Shown in pieces: positions 61,701 through 64,000 of a stretch of 64,000 bases of DNA. Below the pieces are notes generated by a model. That model did no database searches and had not been told where the DNA came from. It was given only the letters and a program-made list of their open reading frames with translations. Positions within the stretch are counted from its first letter, which is position 1, and every line of letters starts with the position of its first letter. Where the stretch lies: NCBI GenBank assembly GCA_965644295.1, contig CBFFRP010000378.1, positions 62,001 through 126,000 on the forward strand, read 5' to 3'. The DNA is from Paraphysomonas bandaiensis. Taxonomy: Eukaryota > Protista > Chrysophyceae. Made by a program: the position numbers and the translations under genes.

Positions 61701-64000
61701 ACTAGGTTGCCCCGACGGAATTGACGTAGGTGATGTCGGCATTGAGCTAGGTATACAGGTTGGTTCTCCAGACGGTTGTGAAGAAGGAATTGAAGTGGGG
61801 GCACGTAAATATGGATTATATTCCAGTAACAACGCTGGATAATCGTTGCCTGTCAGCAGCCCATTTTCTGTTGGTATAGGAATAAATTCATATAGCAGAA
61901 GAGATTCAACCATATCAATAACAGTGCCATTCGTATAATACGGATAGATCCGGAAGGTGCGAATATCATTCCAAAATGCACGTGATAAGTTGGATATTAC
62001 TTGATTACTTAGTGTCACAACTTCGTTAATGTCATTTCCATAGTACGAGAGAGGTGCGAAATCTTCATAGCGGTTTGGTAGCGTTGTCCCCTCGGATATG
62101 GTCACAGATATATTCGCTTTACTACTATCTAAAGTGTATAAAAACTTCCACGGAACATCTAGGTGCGAAATGCGACCGACCACAGAATGAAACGTGACAT
62201 CCCACATATAGCCACCGCTTGTTCTGTTGCGACCAACACTTAATTCATTGATGCCAGTTAAATTTCTTAACACAGCCCCCATAACCTCTGCTGTGGTAGT
62301 TAAAGCAAGCTTTGCAGACTTCTGGGAACGATAAGCTAGTATAAATTCACCATGCACTTCCATCCCTGAGTTTGACACAATGCTGATACTTTGTACTACA
62401 ACGAGTGGGTTAACTATGGATATCGCATCGATATACTCGCCATTAGAATCTGATCCATACACAAGGGCTATAGCAGGGGTATCACGGCGAATGGTACCCA
62501 TATACGTCTGGCCCATGCGGTTTTCATTTGACGAACCACGGAGCCCTCCAGCACAGGAAGTGCTAATGCCATCGAAGTCATATATATTGGCCTCAACAAA
62601 TACACGTCCACCACCACCGTTACCTCCAGGAGAGTTCATGTCTAAACTACACGATGAGTCTTCAACCGCACATGCTCGACCACCATCGGCAGAAACTTTT
62701 CCTAACCCATACACAAAAATCGTTTTAAGATAGACACTACCGCCAGCACCACCACCGCCACCGCCGTACACAGATTCACCGTTGGACTCAATTGTTGATG
62801 CACTTGAAATCGATATATCCCTAGAGCTGATGATCCACACCACCCCTCCACCATTCCCACCTCTTCCACAGTTCCCACCTGTTGAACCTCCTCCACTGCC
62901 AAGAGCATTTGGAATGTCTTCATGAGATCCATAAGTAGCTCCTCCGCCTGATATATTCCCAACCGGTATCACACCACCCGAACCAATAGAAATATAGCTC
63001 GTACTCTCTCGGTAATAGGCATTGATTCCGGGCATTCCCTCACCTCCGTGACCTCCTCCACTACCGCCCGTGTCTCCACCATACCCCCCACCAGGACCCT
63101 CGCCTTGAGCTCCCCCCGCTACACCCCCAGTATACCCCAGTCCAGAAGAAGAAATAGAAGATCTACCGGACAGAGAAACACTCCTAGCTGTAATATTTAC
63201 GATACGGCCCCGGATGACCGAGTCGGTCAGATACACATCGTTGAAGCAAAATGAATCACTCTGAGTACCACTTCGAATATGCTTTGAATTTTCACCAATT
63301 ACGAAATTCGCCCCCTGTGAAAGTATAAGGTTGAGGCACGTGTTGTCATCACTGTCCAGATCACCCGACAAGCGAAGTGTATAGTTGCTGATGGTAATAT
63401 CAGCTAGCGGTCTCCATCTCACATGCTCACCGATATCGACCATGGTTCCATGCGTACCAATAATTCGGGTAGCGGAGATAATACCTACTCCTGAAAATTC
63501 GATATGCGCTTGAGAATTCGACACCTCGACGAGATCAAAAGTGTTGTTCGCTCTATGCTCAATACCATATGTGTCATTCGCAAAAAAATAAGTTGTGGGA
63601 GCAGTGCTTTCGACTTGTGTTGCATTGCTCAGCAACTCTACAAAATCAGACAGTTCCTCATTTGCATAAGTGGAAAAATTTTCCCAAGATATGACGTGTA
63701 GGTTTCTGTACTTCGGTGATTCACTAATACAATTCAAATTCGACAATAAAACGGTGCCGGCAGCACCAGAGACTACTTGATAATCCGATACTGCGTTTAC
63801 AGACAGCCCTCCAAGTGCACTTACAGTGCCATGAAAATGATCGAGGCACGCATCTATCTTAATTCTACCAGCGGATCCCCCTCCACCATACAGTGCGCTC
63901 AATACGCTACCATGTCCTCCGTTTGCCGAAATGGTGCCTATGCCGCGGAAACTTCCGCGGACGTCAATTACTATACTGCCACCAGCTCCACCACCTCCTC
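55728..64000 (-). CDS. Giant Gly-rich repeat / PT (mucin-like) repeat cell-surface protein, 5'-incomplete (more than 2750 aa)
   Basis: Frame stays open to the window end (GGGGAGGSIVIDV..ISANGG). Repeated GGGGSGG[S/R]I.I and I.A.GG motifs, GGSGGGHGGEG..LGSGGG block, then about 2000 aa of P[ST]xx repeats. Confidence 0.9.
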   Translation of the reverse strand, partial: GGGGAGGSIVIDVRGSFRGIGTISANGGHGSVLSALYGGGGSAGRIKIDACLDHFHGTVSALGGLSVNAVSDYQVVSGAAGTVLLSNLNCISESPKYRNLHVISWENFSTYANEELSDFVELLSNATQVESTAPTTYFFANDTYGIEHRANNTFDLVEVSNSQAHIEFSGVGIISATRIIGTHGTMVDIGEHVRWRPLADITISNYTLRLSGDLDSDDNTCLNLILSQGANFVIGENSKHIRSGTQSDSFCFNDVYLTDSVIRGRIVNITARSVSLSGRSSISSSGLGYTGGVAGGAQGEGPGGGYGGDTGGSGGGHGGEGMPGINAYYRESTSYISIGSGGVIPVGNISGGGATYGSHEDIPNALGSGGGSTGGNCGRGGNGGGVVWIISSRDISISSASTIESNGESVYGGGGGGAGGSVYLKTIFVYGLGKVSADGGRACAVEDSSCSLDMNSPGGNGGGGRVFVEANIYDFDGISTSCAGGLRGSSNENRMGQTYMGTIRRDTPAIALVYGSDSNGEYIDAISIVNPLVVVQSISIVSNSGMEVHGEFILAYRSQKSAKLALTTTAEVMGAVLRNLTGINELSVGRNRTSGGYMWDVTFHSVVGRISHLDVPWKFLYTLDSSKANISVTISEGTTLPNRYEDFAPLSYYGNDINEVVTLSNQVISNLSRAFWNDIRTFRIYPYYTNGTVIDMVESLLLYEFIPIPTENGLLTGNDYPALLLEYNPYLRAPTSIPSSQPSGEPTCIPSSMPTSPTSIPSGQPSGQPTCVPTSQPSGLPSCVPSGQPSSIPTSPSGQPTSLPTCFPSGQPSAVPSGMPSGQPTVIPSGLPSGQPSGEPSGQPTCIPSGEPSGIPSAFPSGAPSVQPTSDPTGQPSCIPSGQPTTLPSAMPSALPSTIPSGEPSGQPSGQPSAEPSGEPTVVPTGQPSASPSSNPSTQPSSQPTGVPSSVPSLTPSSQPTRVPTSLPSGEPTGSPSAMPSFLPSHIPSGIPSCIPSGQPTGQPSCTPSGNPSTIPSGQPTAIPSKVPTFKPSSVPSCEPTGQPTGQPSGQPTGQPTGQPTVVPSGQPTSVPTSPTGQPTGEPSGQPTGQPTGQPTGQPTVQPSGQPTGQPTGQPTGQPTVVPSGQPTSVPTSPTGQPTGEPSGQPTGQPTGQPTGQPTVQPSGQPTGQPTGQPTGQPTVVPSGQPTSVPTSPTGQPTGEPSSQPTGQPTGQPTGQPTVQPSGQPTGQPTGQPTGQPTVVPTGQPTSVPTSPTGQPTGEPSGQPTGQPTGQPTGQPTVQPSGQPTGQPTCQPTGQPTVVPSGQPTSVPTSPTGQPTGEPSGQPTGQPTGQPTGQPTGQPTGQPTSVPTSPTGQPTGEPSGQPTGQPTGQPTGQPTVQPSGQPTGQPTGQPTGQPTVVPSGQPSSVPTSPTGQPTGEPSGQPTGQPTGQPTGQPTVQPSGQPTGQPTGQPTGQPTVVPSGQPTSVPTSPTGQPTGEPTGQPTGQPTGQPTGQPTVQPSGQPTGQPTGQPTGQPTVVPSGQPTSVPTSPTGQPTGAPSGQPTGQPTGQPTGQPTVQPSGQPTGQPTGQPTGQPTVVPSGQPTSVPTSPTGQPTGAPSGQPTGQPTGQPTGQPTVQPSGQPTGQPTGQPTGQPTVVPSGQPTSVPTSPTGQPTGEPSGQPTGQPTGQPTGQPTVQPSGQPTGQPTGQPTGQPTVVPSGQPTSVPTSPTGQPTGAPSGQPTGQPTGQPTGQPTVQPSGQPTGQPTGQPTGQPTVVPSGQPTSVPTSPTGQPTGEPSGQPTGQPTGQPTGQPTVQPSGQPTGQPTGQPTGQPTVVPSGQPTSVPTSPTGQPTGEPSGQPTGQPTGQPTGQPTVQPSGQPTGQPTGQPTGQPTVVPSGQPTSVPTSPTGQPTGEPSGQPTGQPTGQPTGQPTVQPSGQPTGQPTGQPTGQPTVVPSGQPTSVPTSPTGQPTGEPSGQPTGQPTGQPTGQPTVQPSGQPTGQPTGQPTGQPTVVPSGQPTSVPTSPTGQPTGAPSGQPTGQPTGQPTGQPTVQPSGQPTGQPTGQPTGQPTVVPSGQPTSVPTSPTGQPTGEPSGQPTGQPTGQPTGQPTVQPSGQPTGQPTGQPTGQPTVVPSGQPTSVPTSPTGQPTGEPSGQPTGQPTGQPTGQPTVQPSGQPTGQPTGQPTGQPTVVPSGQPTSVPTSPTGQPTGEPSGQPTGQPTGQPTGQPTVQPSGQPTGQPTGQPTGQPTVVPSGQPTSVPTSPTGQPTGAPSGQPTGQPTGQPTGQPTVQPSGQPTGQPTGQPTGQPTVVPSGQPTSVPTSPTGQPTGEPSGQPTGQPTGQPTGQPTVQPSGQPTGQPTGQPTGQPTVVPSGQPTSVPTSPTGQPTGEPSGQPTGQPTGQPTGQPTVQPSGQPTGQPTGQPTGQPTVVPSGQPTSVPTSPTGQPTGAPSGQPTGQPTGQPTGQPTVQPSGQPTGQPTGQPTGQPTVVPSGQPTSVPTSPTGQPTGEPSGQPTGQPTGQPTGQPTVQPSGQPTGQPTGQPTGQPTVVPSGQPTSVPTSPTGQPTGEPSGQPTGQPTGQPTGQPTVQPSGQPTGQPTGQPTGQPTVVPSGQPTSVPTSPTGQPTGEPSGQPTGQPTGQPTGQPTVQPSGQPTGQPTGQPTGQPTVVPSGQPTSVPTSPTGQPTGEPSGQPTGQPTGQPTGQPTVQPSGQPTGQPTGQPTGQPTVVPSGQPTSVPTSPTGQPTGEPSGQPTGQPTGQPTGQPTVQPSGQPTGQPTGQPTGQPTSVPT
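55731..60860 (-). repeat. Coding tandem array, about 29 x 177 bp (59 aa) built from 12-bp PTGQ subunits
   Basis: CTAGTCGGAAC recurs every 177 bp (55882, 56059, 56236...). Unit is PSGQPTGQPTGQPTGQPTVQ-PSGQPTGQPTGQPTGQPTVV-PSGQPTSVPTSPTGQPTGE. Confidence 0.97.

Noticed and set aside
59810-63701. Alternative-frame and antisense ORFs in the PT/Gly-rich gene
   Set aside because: By-products of low-complexity coding repeats.

Overview
Eukaryotic nuclear DNA, gene-dense, with short GT-AG introns (about 45-200 nt), standard genetic code and abundant (ATAC)n/(TA)n tracts. Gene content (PT-repeat surface protein, Sfi1-like protein, secreted PHB depolymerase) fits a stramenopile-type protist, possibly a bacterivorous chrysophyte; this is inference only. 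About 16 protein-coding genes can be supported: extended SDR/epimerase, ABCG half-transporter, multi-exon sulfotransferase, ankyrin-like protein, CUE/EF-hand/Zn-finger metacaspase, ASPL/TUG-like UBX+PUB protein, PHB depolymerase, Sfi1-like protein, a 2388-aa RING/coiled-coil/~53x armadillo-repeat protein, 1-Cys peroxiredoxin, RimJ/RimL GNAT, RING+LON-N protein, pantothenate kinase, Tweety-like membrane protein, SPCS1 (absent from the ORF track, rebuilt from 4 exons) and a giant Gly-rich/PT-repeat protein running off the window. Between them lie LINE-like 3' relics (one junction amplified as a 3x668-bp array), several MITE-like elements, a 4x299-bp array and mini/microsatellites. The best candidate for a novel system is the intronless TRIM-like RING-ARM array, whose DNA scaffold is near-invariant while the predicted ligand-facing helix is highly variable. 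Next are the ubiquitin-binding metacaspase and a conserved structured motif at the retroelement 3' ends. No rRNA, tRNA or CRISPR array was found.
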